From positions 3,369 through 67,368 of the forward strand of contig DBDU01000021.1 in the NCBI GenBank assembly GCA_002293725.1: 64,000 nucleotides of DNA. Direction: 5' to 3'. The notes beneath the pieces were generated by a model. It was not told where the DNA came from and did no database searches. It saw nothing but the letters and a program-made list of their open reading frames with translations. This DNA comes from Patescibacteria group bacterium UBA924. Its GTDB lineage: Bacteria; Patescibacteriota; Microgenomatia; UBA1400; PJMF01. This document shows positions 27,334 to 37,220 of the stretch, one piece after another; position 1 is the first letter of the stretch; each line of letters begins with the position of its first letter. The position numbers and the translations under genes were made by a program.

Positions 27334-27975
27334 CTAAATAATATAGAGGAAAACCTGGTTTTTCTCGGCTTCTATAGTCCAGCCAGGAATAGGGTAATGA
27401 TTAGAAATCACTCGAGTACCAGGTCTCAACTCCGCCCGAAACTTCTTCGTCAGAGCTTTCATCATCGATGGGACTGCATAGATGGTCACCACGTCATACT
27501 CACCTAAATCTACATCCCATAAACTTTGCCAAACAATCTTGGCATTTTTAATTTTTTGGGCTGCTAAGAGCCGCTCAGCTTTTTCTACCATTGAAGGGTT
27601 TAACTCAACCCCTACTGCGTCCGCTCCAGCATCAGCAAACGCGGCTACTACTCGGCCATCTCCAGAACCTAAATCAATAACTCGCATCCCTTTTTTTACC
27701 TTTGCTAGCTTGACCATTGTTTGAACATTCTCTTCAGATGTTGGAACGTACACCGCTCCACTAATCTTGGGTAAGATGTAGAAGGGCAGATTAAGAAAGT
27801 GAAATAAAACGGCAATGCTGAGGAAACCAATCAAGGCAGCCAGAATGGCAAAGTAAAACACAAAGCCAATCGAGTAGAAAAAGAGCACTAAAACACTAAT
27901 GATCAACAGAGCTTGAAGTAAGTACAGCTGAACGAGCTTGGCATTTTCATGTTCCATGAAAAAGCGAAGTTTCAT
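27334..27975 (-). CDS. Class I SAM-dependent methyltransferase with two N-terminal transmembrane helices.
   Basis: The N-terminal 60 aa is hydrophobic. The SAM-binding motif I (VIDLGSGDGRVVAAFADAG) and the post-I acidic residue (VGVELN) are present. Confidence 0.7.
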   Translation of the reverse strand: MKLRFFMEHENAKLVQLYLLQALLIISVLVLFFYSIGFVFYFAILAALIGFLSIAVLFHFLNLPFYILPKISGAVYVPTSEENVQTMVKLAKVKKGMRVIDLGSGDGRVVAAFADAGADAVGVELNPSMVEKAERLLAAQKIKNAKIVWQSLWDVDLGEYDVVTIYAVPSMMKALTKKFRAELRPGTRVISNHYPIPGWTIEAEKNQVFLYII

Positions 27976-28907
27976 GAAACCCCTTTGAGCTCATTTAAAG
28001 CAATTGTAATGGCTCCATACACCGGCTCTTCTTCTAAGATTCTCATCTTTGCTTGTGGAAACTCCGTAGTTAACTTAGCGCTCACCCGCTCGAAAATAAA
28101 CGGGAGCTTGGCAATACTGCCCGAACAAATGAGCTCGACCGGCTCACTCTTTAACTCTAAACGACGCATGACAGCTTCAGCCATCATCACCAAGTCTGTT
28201 ACCATTGTCTCTAAAATCTCTGTCGCCACTTTATCGCCTTGTTGATGGGCTTCCACACAAACTTTTGCTAACTCTGCGATCTGTGCTTTGTTCAAAATTG
28301 GGAAGTAGATCTTTGATTTTAAGTCATTAAAGTCATCGGCTTCAAAATGTTTCAGTACCATCTGCTCTAGAACGCTGGGTGTACTTCGTCCGTCAAAGCT
28401 GCAGACTGCTGCGCGCAAAGCCATTCGCCCAATCTCATACCCTGATCCTTGATCAGTGAGTAAGAAGTCCATGCCACTGGTCCGAGCCGAGCGACCATCT
28501 GCGCGCTTACCAAAACACTGTGAACCCGTTCCTGAAATAAGGGCAACAATATTTTGGTTAGGCTGACCAAATGCCATGACTAAATGAATATCATTAATAA
28601 TGGTTAAGCTACCAATTTTGTAGTGTTGTAGTACGTCACGAAAGACATCTTCCGCCCGTTGTTTTTCCTCAGGTGTATCTAACCCTGCTACACCTACCAC
28701 CACTTTGGGAAAGTAAAAGTCGCCTGTTAGGCCAGTGGTTAACTGACGTAAAGTCTCCACCAGGTTCATACTGGCGAGACCTAAGCTCGTTGCAGTTAAG
28801 CTTGTTGGCCCGGTAGTTGCACGTGTTAGTACATGTCCTGAAGTATCAGCACAGAGGCCGTCAGTCTTACTTCCTCCACCGTCGATTCCAATTAAGTACT
28901 CTGTCAT
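27972..28907 (-). CDS. BadF/BadG/BcrA/BcrD-type ATPase, N-acetylglucosamine-kinase-like sugar kinase.
   Basis: N-terminal phosphate-1 motif (LIGIDGGGSKTDGLCADTSGHVL) of the ASKHA/BadF family. About 310 aa. Confidence 0.65.
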   Translation of the reverse strand: MTEYLIGIDGGGSKTDGLCADTSGHVLTRATTGPTSLTATSLGLASMNLVETLRQLTTGLTGDFYFPKVVVGVAGLDTPEEKQRAEDVFRDVLQHYKIGSLTIINDIHLVMAFGQPNQNIVALISGTGSQCFGKRADGRSARTSGMDFLLTDQGSGYEIGRMALRAAVCSFDGRSTPSVLEQMVLKHFEADDFNDLKSKIYFPILNKAQIAELAKVCVEAHQQGDKVATEILETMVTDLVMMAEAVMRRLELKSEPVELICSGSIAKLPFIFERVSAKLTTEFPQAKMRILEEEPVYGAITIALNELKGVS

Positions 28908-30880
28908 GATGTCGTCAGCTCCTTCACCCTCTCAATGTACATCAAAACAGTCTCGACGTACACAGCATGACTCCACACCAACGGCGTAGCAGAGAGCGGC
29001 TGGCCAGTATAAGGATGCATTTGCTCAGGGAGTACACCAGATATTGTCTGGTACTTCACCACCCAGGAAAGATACTCACGAACCTTTGCCAGTCCCTCTT
29101 CAGTAACTACTTTCTTGCTTAAGATTCGCTGTGCCTGCCAAAGGGTAGTAATAATCCAAGAGTTAGAGACGTCGGTTGATTTAAAGTAGTCGTCATTTTG
29201 GTAACGAATAATTCCGCCCGTAGGAGTGTCGTTCAGCAGTAATGTATCCACAGCTTTCTCGGTAGCGATAAAAAGTGGATCGTCTTCTTCAAAAGCTTGG
29301 AAGTACCACAGTCCGAACAGGGAGCTAGCATCTACAATCTCTTCTTGGCGAACTGTATCACCCTCGATGTAACTGACACGGATGAAGCTTTGCAGCCGTT
29401 CGTTAAAGAGATACTTCTTCATCGCTGCTTTAATTTCTTCCGCAGCGTCACGGTAAATACGCATGTGGTTTCGTTTACCCAACAGCTCTGAGAAACGTGC
29501 CGCAGCCTGAAGTGCTCCATAGACCGATGCGCAGGTATACGTAGATACCCCAATTTTTTCTTCCCAGAGATCATAAGAGTGGAGCGGCAGATGGGTATCT
29601 TGATTTCGAAACGCCACTAAGAAATTGGCAATCTTTTCGATAAAGGGTTTATAGGCTAACTCGATATACTCGATATCTTTGGTTTTTTCGTAGTGCTTCC
29701 ACAGTGCAAAGAGTACCGACGCTGACTCATCTTCTTGAATAGGCAACTGTAAGATTCGATCTTTGAGCCACTCTTTCTGGGAAGTCGTAGAGTGCCAGGT
29801 TGAACCTAGGGCTTCATCCGAGCGGAAACGGTGGTGTAAGTACCCGTCGGGATGAAGCACGTGCTGGCAGAAAGTAAAGAATGGGGTGGTTGCTTCGTGA
29901 TATCCGGCTTTGTCTAAAATAATGGCAATAAAGGAAGCGTCTCGCGGCCACATGTAGGCATAGTCATCCTTGCCATACTCCATGATGGTAGAGTCAAGTG
30001 ACGCCACAATGCTTCCTCGATTATCGGTGTGTGAACGCAAAATAAAGAGGGAAGTGTCAAACAGCTTTTTCTGTTCGGCATCAAGGAAAGAGAGATCCCA
30101 AGTCTGTTTATTAATCCAAGCGTTCCAAAACTGTTCAGTAGAGTGAATCATGTTCTCTGGCTTTTTGAAGAGCACCAGATCATTCAAAGCGAACGCTTCT
30201 TCTAATGTTTGGGCAGCACTGATCCAGTAAAACAACTGATTCTTAATCTTGGGTTCACAGACTAAACTGAAACGGACTACCGAGTCTACTGAGCCATGTT
30301 CAACTGCGTTACGTGATAAAACTCCGTCTTCAGCATCCCGATATGAACCTTCTTTGCCCTCATAATCAAACATGCCAATCGTATAATCATCGATACCGGT
30401 TCCAGCACTAGTACGGCCGTCAACTACAAAGACTCTACATCCCTTATAGTGCACAACTGTTGCATGGGTTGGATCATAAAAACCGGTGTTACGAGTCTTA
30501 TTCTCGCTAATACGAAACTCTTGTCCAAAGAAGATCCGCACTTCTCTTGGTTGGTCTGTTTGGTTGTAGATATCAACCTGACGTAAGAAGACGTTGTGTT
30601 CGTTGTAAACAGCGTCTTCCATCACGATACTCAATTGGAGCTTATTATTTTTACACACCAACTGACCGATCATCGTTTCTGGCTTATAGCCGATGTTAAT
30701 CTCCCAGCTGCCATCGTCAATCCAAGAGTACATGCCATCAACCATGACTCCAATACGATGCTTTTTTCCAATCACATGATTCTCTAGTCCCACGTAGGGG
30801 TAGTACATGTCACGCACATATCCATGTTCATCGAGACAAACTGAGAACGCTCCATTTCCGAGCACTAACGAACGCGGCAT
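28904..30880 (-). CDS. Glycoside hydrolase family 15 (glucoamylase/glucodextranase/trehalase-type).
   Basis: 658 aa. The N-terminal beta-sandwich (LVLGNGAFSVCLDEHGYVRDMYYPYVG) and the catalytic (alpha/alpha)6 region (YMWPRDASF, WEE) are characteristic of bacterial/archaeal GH15. Confidence 0.7.
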   Translation of the reverse strand: MPRSLVLGNGAFSVCLDEHGYVRDMYYPYVGLENHVIGKKHRIGVMVDGMYSWIDDGSWEINIGYKPETMIGQLVCKNNKLQLSIVMEDAVYNEHNVFLRQVDIYNQTDQPREVRIFFGQEFRISENKTRNTGFYDPTHATVVHYKGCRVFVVDGRTSAGTGIDDYTIGMFDYEGKEGSYRDAEDGVLSRNAVEHGSVDSVVRFSLVCEPKIKNQLFYWISAAQTLEEAFALNDLVLFKKPENMIHSTEQFWNAWINKQTWDLSFLDAEQKKLFDTSLFILRSHTDNRGSIVASLDSTIMEYGKDDYAYMWPRDASFIAIILDKAGYHEATTPFFTFCQHVLHPDGYLHHRFRSDEALGSTWHSTTSQKEWLKDRILQLPIQEDESASVLFALWKHYEKTKDIEYIELAYKPFIEKIANFLVAFRNQDTHLPLHSYDLWEEKIGVSTYTCASVYGALQAAARFSELLGKRNHMRIYRDAAEEIKAAMKKYLFNERLQSFIRVSYIEGDTVRQEEIVDASSLFGLWYFQAFEEDDPLFIATEKAVDTLLLNDTPTGGIIRYQNDDYFKSTDVSNSWIITTLWQAQRILSKKVVTEEGLAKVREYLSWVVKYQTISGVLPEQMHPYTGQPLSATPLVWSHAVYVETVLMYIERVKELTTS

Positions 30881-30889
30881 ACTCCCTTT

Positions 30890-32128
30890 CTAGTCTGCCG
30901 TTTGGGCAGGTTGTTGTTGTCGAATACGATCTTGTAAATCAATCATTACCGCACTAAAGCGGTTGTATGCCTCGAAAGGCGAATCATACGGACTGAAGTA
31001 CTTATGAACGTCACCATCGGCAGACCATTTAACACACATATAGTAAAAGTGATCGCTCGTCTGCACTCTTCGCCAATCACTCACGAGTGCTGCGTCTCCA
31101 CTTTTCAATACATCCGCTTCCATGCTGTAGACCAATCGCAGTGCATCATTCTGTAATGAGTTCCCTCGCCAAGCCGTCAGGTCACGATCAATATCCGCCC
31201 ATGAGATTGGGTCTGGTACGTCGTAGACAGGTAGGGACTCAGTGCTTTTGGCTGCTAAAGCGTATGGCTCGAGAACCGTTGAAGGTGTGACAAAGTGATG
31301 GTCGTATTGAATACTCCGATCAACAAAGTGGCGGAAAAAGTTAAATATGCCAGTGTCTTCCCACTGATGCTCACCAAAAGTCTCGAAGTCCATAAACAAG
31401 TTAATGAACTCATCCGCGTAGTATGAGTTGAGCCAATGAACGTACTTTTCCGCAGTAAGTGGATGCTCTTCCCAAGCTTTGTTTGAGAAACGGAACGCCA
31501 CGTCATCCGACAGTTGAGCATGCTTGAGTAAAAGTGGCAGTGGTGGCTGAGTGTAAGAGCGGTAAAGTTGAGTCCGCGGTCGCCCCCCAAGGTATCTATC
31601 TACTGCCTCCGTTAACATACCCATGTAGCCCATTTGCTCTACTTGCTGGGCAATAAAGTTGGCATAAATCAGTTCAGTATTACGAAAAACTTTGGGAGTA
31701 TAGCCAAATAGTTCTTGAACGAGCTCTTCGTGCTGCTCAACTTGACGTCGAAACTCAACAGGGGAGTATAAACTCGCCAACGAGTGATAGTACGTTTCAG
31801 CTAGCAACTCAACTTGACCCGTCTCGGTTAGTCGTTGGATCAACGAAATTACTTCGGGTTGATAGGCCTGTGCTTGTTCTAAAAACACGCCAGAGCAAGA
31901 TAACGCAAAACAGAAGGAAGGATGCGTCGTTGCAATGTCTAACAGTAACGACAACATGGGAATATATGACTTTTGGGCTACTTTGCGAAAGATTTGCGCA
32001 TTCTCATCTTTGGGCTGTCCATTTTTATGCTCAATGAAGTAGTTCAGATCTTGATTCAGTTCAAAAACCGAGAATGGCCGCAAACGATAGGGTTGGTGGA
32101 GCTGGAAGTACAGACAAAGCTTTGCCAT
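30890..32128 (-). CDS. Glycoside hydrolase family 57-like alpha-glucan-active enzyme.
   Basis: The N-terminus (LCLYFQLHQPYRL) resembles the GH57 (hLHQPY) signature. 412 aa. Adjacent to GH15 and a glycosyltransferase. Confidence 0.6.
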   Translation of the reverse strand: MAKLCLYFQLHQPYRLRPFSVFELNQDLNYFIEHKNGQPKDENAQIFRKVAQKSYIPMLSLLLDIATTHPSFCFALSCSGVFLEQAQAYQPEVISLIQRLTETGQVELLAETYYHSLASLYSPVEFRRQVEQHEELVQELFGYTPKVFRNTELIYANFIAQQVEQMGYMGMLTEAVDRYLGGRPRTQLYRSYTQPPLPLLLKHAQLSDDVAFRFSNKAWEEHPLTAEKYVHWLNSYYADEFINLFMDFETFGEHQWEDTGIFNFFRHFVDRSIQYDHHFVTPSTVLEPYALAAKSTESLPVYDVPDPISWADIDRDLTAWRGNSLQNDALRLVYSMEADVLKSGDAALVSDWRRVQTSDHFYYMCVKWSADGDVHKYFSPYDSPFEAYNRFSAVMIDLQDRIRQQQPAQTAD

Positions 32129-32131
32129 ACA

Positions 32132-33376
32132 CTATGATTTTTTCTCTAACAGTTTGCTATAGATCTTGGACACGTTATCCGCTGCATTTTGCCAAGTAGC
32201 ATGCTCTAAATCTTCATTTTGGCCAGTAACTACTTGGGCTCGGAATACAGGATCTGTCACCAACTCCGTGATATAGCTGGCCATTTTTTCAACATCCCAG
32301 AAATCTGCCTTCAATGAGTGCGTCAGCATCTCTTTTACTCCTGAGTTTTCTGACACTATCACTGGAGTCTCACGCTGCGCAGCTTCTAAAGCCACTAATC
32401 CGAATGGCTCAGACAGTGAGGGCATCACGAAAACATCAGCGCGGCTTAAAAGTGCTTCCCGTTGATGATCTCTCATGAAACCAGTAAATAAGACTGAAGC
32501 TGAGAGTTGTTGGTATGCACTTTGAAAAAGCAGTGAGTGATACTGGTCTCCATGGCCAGCAACCACAAAGAGCGCCTCGGGAATTTGATCAACTACAGCT
32601 CGTGCCAGTTGTAAGAAGTACTCGGCGCCTTTTTGAGCAGTAAGTCTTCCCATAAAAACGATCATTGGTCGTTTAGTGGCAAATTGAAGCTCATCGTTTA
32701 CTAACTTGCTTGCTGGCGTTACACCATTATGGACAACCACAATTTTCTTAGGATCTACGTGGTACTTATCAATCAGGATTCGCTTCGTAAAGTTGCTGAC
32801 CGCAATAACTCGATCTGCTCGCTGCATTCCCAGATACTCGGTGTGTGCGATGTAATGGCTACCATGTCCACTAGGGATACGATCCATCTCAGTTGAGTGA
32901 ATATGAGCGATAAAAGGTTTCTTGACCTTTTCTTGAAGTTTCATGGCCGCCGGAAAAGCCATCCAGTCATGTGCATGAATAAGGTCATACTTTTGGCGAA
33001 GCTGTTTCCCCGCACTTAAAACTTGATCAGCATAGTAGTTCACTCGCTGTTCAATCTCAGATTGAGGAAGGGCAGAAAGCTCGATACTGTCTTTTAAAGC
33101 AAAGTCGGCCGGGCTGACAACACTGGGAGAGTACGCTAAAAAGGGGGGCCTGCCAGCCAAGGCCAGCTCAACTTCCGCTGGATTTTGACAGGTAATTACC
33201 TTCATGTGCGTAACGGCTGTGGAGAAACGATATGGAAGAGTAAAGAAAATATTGGCGTTGGTGTCGGCTAAAGCATGAGTTAAGCCCTCACAAGCCACCC
33301 CCAACCCACCACTATTGTGGGGAGGGTATTCCCATCCAACCATTAAGACACGGTGTTGAGTGTCTCTCATCGGCAA
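32132..33376 (-). CDS. GT-B fold glycosyltransferase (GT4/GT5-like; possible alpha-glucan/glycogen or trehalose synthase).
   Basis: N-terminus VLMVGWEYPPHNSGGLGVACEGL (EYPP..GG donor-binding style motif). C-terminal GT1-type domain (VFVMPSLSEPFGLVALEAA). Confidence 0.65.
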   Translation of the reverse strand: MPMRDTQHRVLMVGWEYPPHNSGGLGVACEGLTHALADTNANIFFTLPYRFSTAVTHMKVITCQNPAEVELALAGRPPFLAYSPSVVSPADFALKDSIELSALPQSEIEQRVNYYADQVLSAGKQLRQKYDLIHAHDWMAFPAAMKLQEKVKKPFIAHIHSTEMDRIPSGHGSHYIAHTEYLGMQRADRVIAVSNFTKRILIDKYHVDPKKIVVVHNGVTPASKLVNDELQFATKRPMIVFMGRLTAQKGAEYFLQLARAVVDQIPEALFVVAGHGDQYHSLLFQSAYQQLSASVLFTGFMRDHQREALLSRADVFVMPSLSEPFGLVALEAAQRETPVIVSENSGVKEMLTHSLKADFWDVEKMASYITELVTDPVFRAQVVTGQNEDLEHATWQNAADNVSKIYSKLLEKKS

Positions 33377-33500
33377 TCACTCGGCTAATATACTCAAATC
33401 TTACATAACATAATAGACAGTTTTGACAGAGAAAAAAAGTACTATTCTCTAGATCAGAAAGAGCAGTTAGTGAAGTAAAAAAAAGAGTGTATTACAACCT

Positions 33501-34205
33501 TTAGTAGTCATTAACCCGAAATTGCCCAATCCTAGTACGCCGTAGGGCAATGACCGTGGCGCCTAAGTCCAGTGCATGCCCGATATCAACGGCTAGTGAG
33601 CGAATATACGTCCCCGAACCGCAAACTACTCTACACCTAAAAAACGACTTCTGCTGATCTTGATTATGATAAAAATCAAGTAACTCTAGTGAGATGATTT
33701 TTACTTTTCGAGAGGGTAAATCAACTAATAGCTGCTTTTTTCGCGCCATATCATAGAGCTTGCGACCGTGGATCTTTATTGCCGAGTAGGCGGGAACTTG
33801 CTGCTGATACTCGCCAACGAACTGCTTGAGAACCTTTTCCAGTTGAGACCGCGAAACAGCGCTGACATCTTCCCAGCTAAACATCTTGGTAGTCTCTCCC
33901 AACGCATCATATGTATCTGTCTCTCTTCCTAGCTCTGCAGTGAAGAGATACTCTTTCTCCATTCCCATGAACTGATCTTGAAGGCGAGTGGTCTCCCGAC
34001 CAACTAGCACCAGCAAAACTCCTGTGGCGAGCGGATCGAGGGTTCCGGCATGCCCAACTCGTTTGATTCCAGTTTGTCGACGTACCTGGTTGACCATACT
34101 GTGACTAGAAATACTGCTGGGTTTGTCTAAAACTTTCAGTCGTTCTTCTTGGAGCAACTGTGTTATCTGTTCCGCAGTGAGGGGAGTGAGCCCATGCTTA
34201 CTCAT
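33501..34205 (-). CDS. truB: tRNA pseudouridine(55) synthase.
   Basis: GHAGTLDPLATGVLLVLVG catalytic-Asp motif. Internal Met (MSKHGLTPL) taken as start. The track ORF's upstream extension (to 34289) overlaps the fpg 3' end. Confidence 0.8.
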   Translation of the reverse strand: MSKHGLTPLTAEQITQLLQEERLKVLDKPSSISSHSMVNQVRRQTGIKRVGHAGTLDPLATGVLLVLVGRETTRLQDQFMGMEKEYLFTAELGRETDTYDALGETTKMFSWEDVSAVSRSQLEKVLKQFVGEYQQQVPAYSAIKIHGRKLYDMARKKQLLVDLPSRKVKIISLELLDFYHNQDQQKSFFRCRVVCGSGTYIRSLAVDIGHALDLGATVIALRRTRIGQFRVNDY

Positions 34206-34207
34206 AG

Positions 34208-35056
34208 CTAGATCTGGCAGGTGGGGCAGTAAAACGTCCCCCGGCCACCAAGTTTGATCTTGATAATCATCTTGCCGCAGTTCGGGCAAGGCTGACCTTT
34301 TTTATCGTATACGCGCATTCGATCTTGATACTTACCAGCTAAGCCGCTTACGTGCACATACTTGCCATGCGCTGTTGCCCCTCCCAACTCGATGCCTAGC
34401 TCTACCACTTCTCGCATACTCTTTAGGAGTAGCTCCATCTCGGCTTTGGGAATGCTAGATGCTGGTCGCAGCGGAGAGATCTTCGCTAAGTTCAACGCAT
34501 CGCACGCATAAATATTGCCTACTCCAGCTACGATTTGGTTGTCCATAATAAACTGTTTGATCGGCATCTTCCGTTTACTAGCTTTTTGGAACAGATACTC
34601 TGCAGTGATAGCTGGATCAATCACATCAGGAGCTAGACCTTCAAGACTTTGCTCAGCAAGGTGATTATTAACTGCCCGGACCCATCCAAAGATACGCTGG
34701 TCATTAAAGAACAGCTTGGTTTGATCAGTGAAAGTAAATGCAATCCGAGTATGACTGCTAGGCAACTCTTGAATCCAGTCAGCGGTGGGATGACCACCAC
34801 CTGTCCGAAAAGCACCATCTACATAAATAAGTTGGCCTGACATCTTTAAATGGACCATTAGGGTGAGATCATTGGTCAGGCGAATGAGCAACACCTTGGA
34901 GCGACGGTTCACTCCTTTGACTTGCTGATGAAGCACTGTCGGGATCTCACCACTCCAGCTTTTGGCTTTAAATACTTCGATCCTCGCAATCTCTTTCCCA
35001 ACGATTACTTTTTCCAACTGACGACGGACTGTCTCAACTTCTGGTAACTCTGGCAT
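34208..35056 (-). CDS. mutM: Formamidopyrimidine-DNA glycosylase.
   Basis: N-terminal MPELPEVETVRRQL (catalytic Pro2/Glu3), H2TH region and C-terminal zinc finger (CPNCGKMIIKIKLGGRGTFYCPTCQ). Confidence 0.85.
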   Translation of the reverse strand: MPELPEVETVRRQLEKVIVGKEIARIEVFKAKSWSGEIPTVLHQQVKGVNRRSKVLLIRLTNDLTLMVHLKMSGQLIYVDGAFRTGGGHPTADWIQELPSSHTRIAFTFTDQTKLFFNDQRIFGWVRAVNNHLAEQSLEGLAPDVIDPAITAEYLFQKASKRKMPIKQFIMDNQIVAGVGNIYACDALNLAKISPLRPASSIPKAEMELLLKSMREVVELGIELGGATAHGKYVHVSGLAGKYQDRMRVYDKKGQPCPNCGKMIIKIKLGGRGTFYCPTCQI

Positions 35057-35108
35057 ACTCGATAGTGTACTACACTCAGAATCCTGTTATAATTCTGCCT
35101 TGTTAAAC

Positions 35109-35182
35109 GGGTCCGTAGCTCAGTCGGTTAGAGCGACAGCCTTTTAAGCTGTGCGTCCTGGGTTCGAGTCCCAGCGGACCCA
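35109..35182 (+). tRNA. tRNA-Lys (anticodon TTT).
   Basis: GGGTCCG TA GCTC AGTCGGTTA GAGC G ACAGC CTTTTAA GCTGT GCGTC CTGGG TTCGAGT CCCAG CGGACCC A. CCA is not encoded. Confidence 0.85.
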
Positions 35183-35276
35183 CGTTGAACACTTTTCCTC
35201 TAGAGCACAAATCTGTTTATAACTTTCTGCTATTTGCTTCTGTTGCTGACAACGCGAAATAGACTATACTTGATCT

Positions 35277-37166
35277 ATGTTAAATACGCGGAAGCTCGTT
35301 TATATTTTGCCTGAAGTTTGTTTTGTCGCCGAGTTGTTACCGACAAAAAAGCCTCATACTTTTTCCATTCAATCATTCAGACAGATCAATGCTCCATTCA
35401 TGGAAGATGAAGAGCTGGTGATTGAAAATGTACTGAAGTTGTTTCGCAAACTCGAGCCTGAGACCTATACACTAGTCTTACCTGATTTCTTATTTACCAA
35501 CACTATTGTGGACGTTGCCGAAACAAATGAGTCTAAAGTTCGTGAGTATCTCGTAAGTAAGCTTTTACCTAGTCTGGGTTTATCTAAAGACACGCATCAA
35601 TTAGAAACCTTCATCCTGACTCAACACAAAGGAAAGACCAAAGTTCAACTTTCTGGTTTAGAAAAAAGCATCTTAGCTCCTGTCTATCCGGTTGCTGAAG
35701 AGCGGGGTGTTGTTATTGATGCCATCTGCCCTCTAAGCTGGACATTGAAGAGCATTGTCTCGCTGGAACCTTCCTTAAGTGCCGTAGAGTTGGGGAAGCA
35801 TCTTTATGTGGCTCAACACTATATCGGCGTAGAACAGTCCATTTTCTTTCCTACTGAAGAGTTAAGTAATGTGGTGGAGACCGTCAAAACACTGCGCGGC
35901 GCCGAACCAAACTTACAGACACTCTACCTTCTGACGAGTACCACAACTGGCGAAGAAGTTCGTGCCAAACTTAAGAATCGTATTCCCGTCCAACAGTTAG
36001 CAGAAGAAGAAGCTGATCTAGAAGGACTTCCTGCTCATATCAAAACGACGATTGAAGCAGGTGCAAAGACACTTGATATCGAGGACTATCCTGTACCTAA
36101 GTTTAAGCTTGAGAAGTATCAAACTGAAGCAACTGCTCAAGAAGAAGAAGAAGAAGCTGAGGAAGAGCTACCAGCTCCTACCAAGAGTGCTGCTCTTGAT
36201 CAACCTAGTATTGAGATCTTTGAAGAAAGTCTCACCGACACTGATGGAGAAGCAGACCTTCCGGTTGTAGCTCCTACATTGCCTCTGGCAGCTACTCCTT
36301 TAACAATCACCAAGACGACTATAGAAATGGAAGAAATTGATCCCGAAGAGTTGGAAATTAAAAGTTCTGGCTTTGAAGAAGAGGCAATTGGCGAGGATAC
36401 CCCAGAGCTGGCTTCTGCCAAAGTAGAGCTAGAGCAAACTCAGTTTGTCGATCGTGACACGCTTGAAGATCCTACTGAAGAAGACAAACTAGAAAAGTCA
36501 ATTGAAGATACCTTAACTAAAGAGAGTGAGAGTAGCGATTGGTTGGATGACACTTTAGAGGGTGACGAACCAGAAGAGAAGCTCCCTCCATTAGCAAGTG
36601 AGCTCAAACCTACTGAGCCTGTCAGACAACGCCCGATTATTAAAAACCGCAACTCCACCAGCTCGATGGTGCGAATGATTGGTATTTCAATCGCTGCACT
36701 TATTATTACTGTGCTGGTAGGTGTAGGTGCTGGATTTGCTTTGCTGAGAACTTCCGAGAACAACCCGGCTATGAATCAGGCAATGGCCCCGACGCCAAAA
36801 CCAAGCCCAACTACCGCTGAGGTAACGCCAGTTCCCACCGCTACTTCTTCAGCCACTGCGACAGGCTCTGCTACCACTATTACTAAAGACAACGCTAGGA
36901 TCCTGGTAGTAAATGCCACTGGCGTAAGTGGCAAGGCTGCTCAGCTCAAGTCTAAGCTGACCACTGCTGGTTATAAAACAGTTGATACAGGAAATGCTTC
37001 CGCAACTTATGGTAAAGGCAACTTTGTTCTGATGGACAAAGAAGACTCCGCCCTCATCACCCAGTTAGGGAAAGATACGTCCCTAACTGTCACTTATGGC
37101 ACTCAGAAAAAATCCACCGAAGACAATACTGGCAGGTATGATCTCGTCTTCGTCATAAATGAATAA
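35277..37166 (+). CDS. Membrane protein with a polyacidic linker, single TM helix and C-terminal LytR_C-like domain.
   Basis: 629 aa. Glu-rich low-complexity region (EEEEEAEEE...), a TM helix (IGISIAALIITVLVGVGAGFALL) and a C-terminus (ARILVVNATGVSGKAAQLKSKLTTAGYKTVDTGNA) resembling the LytR C-terminal domain. The preceding promoter-like element is TTGCTG-16-TATACT. Confidence 0.45.
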   Translation: MLNTRKLVYILPEVCFVAELLPTKKPHTFSIQSFRQINAPFMEDEELVIENVLKLFRKLEPETYTLVLPDFLFTNTIVDVAETNESKVREYLVSKLLPSLGLSKDTHQLETFILTQHKGKTKVQLSGLEKSILAPVYPVAEERGVVIDAICPLSWTLKSIVSLEPSLSAVELGKHLYVAQHYIGVEQSIFFPTEELSNVVETVKTLRGAEPNLQTLYLLTSTTTGEEVRAKLKNRIPVQQLAEEEADLEGLPAHIKTTIEAGAKTLDIEDYPVPKFKLEKYQTEATAQEEEEEAEEELPAPTKSAALDQPSIEIFEESLTDTDGEADLPVVAPTLPLAATPLTITKTTIEMEEIDPEELEIKSSGFEEEAIGEDTPELASAKVELEQTQFVDRDTLEDPTEEDKLEKSIEDTLTKESESSDWLDDTLEGDEPEEKLPPLASELKPTEPVRQRPIIKNRNSTSSMVRMIGISIAALIITVLVGVGAGFALLRTSENNPAMNQAMAPTPKPSPTTAEVTPVPTATSSATATGSATTITKDNARILVVNATGVSGKAAQLKSKLTTAGYKTVDTGNASATYGKGNFVLMDKEDSALITQLGKDTSLTVTYGTQKKSTEDNTGRYDLVFVINE

Positions 37167-37220
37167 ACCTGGTATAGACGAAATTGACAACCATCAATAT
37201 TGTCGATTGAAAACAGGCTC

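Noticed and set aside
34205-34289. Both truB and fpg track ORFs begin MPELP/MPELR
   Set aside because: This is a coincidence of the truB upstream extension overlapping the fpg 3' end. MPELPEV is the genuine Fpg N-terminus. truB most likely starts at the internal Met (34205).
36100-36190. GAA/GAG trinucleotide repeat tract
   Set aside because: It is in frame within the 35277..37166 CDS and encodes a poly-Glu linker, so it is not a non-coding microsatellite or CRISPR-like repeat.
37181-37210. Perfect TTGACA upstream of the atp operon as an alternative -35
   Set aside because: No acceptable -10 at 16-18 nt (TTGAAA). The TTGTTC-16-TATAAT combination downstream is more convincing. It may nonetheless be part of an operator-like imperfect inverted repeat (TTGACAA...TTGTCGA).
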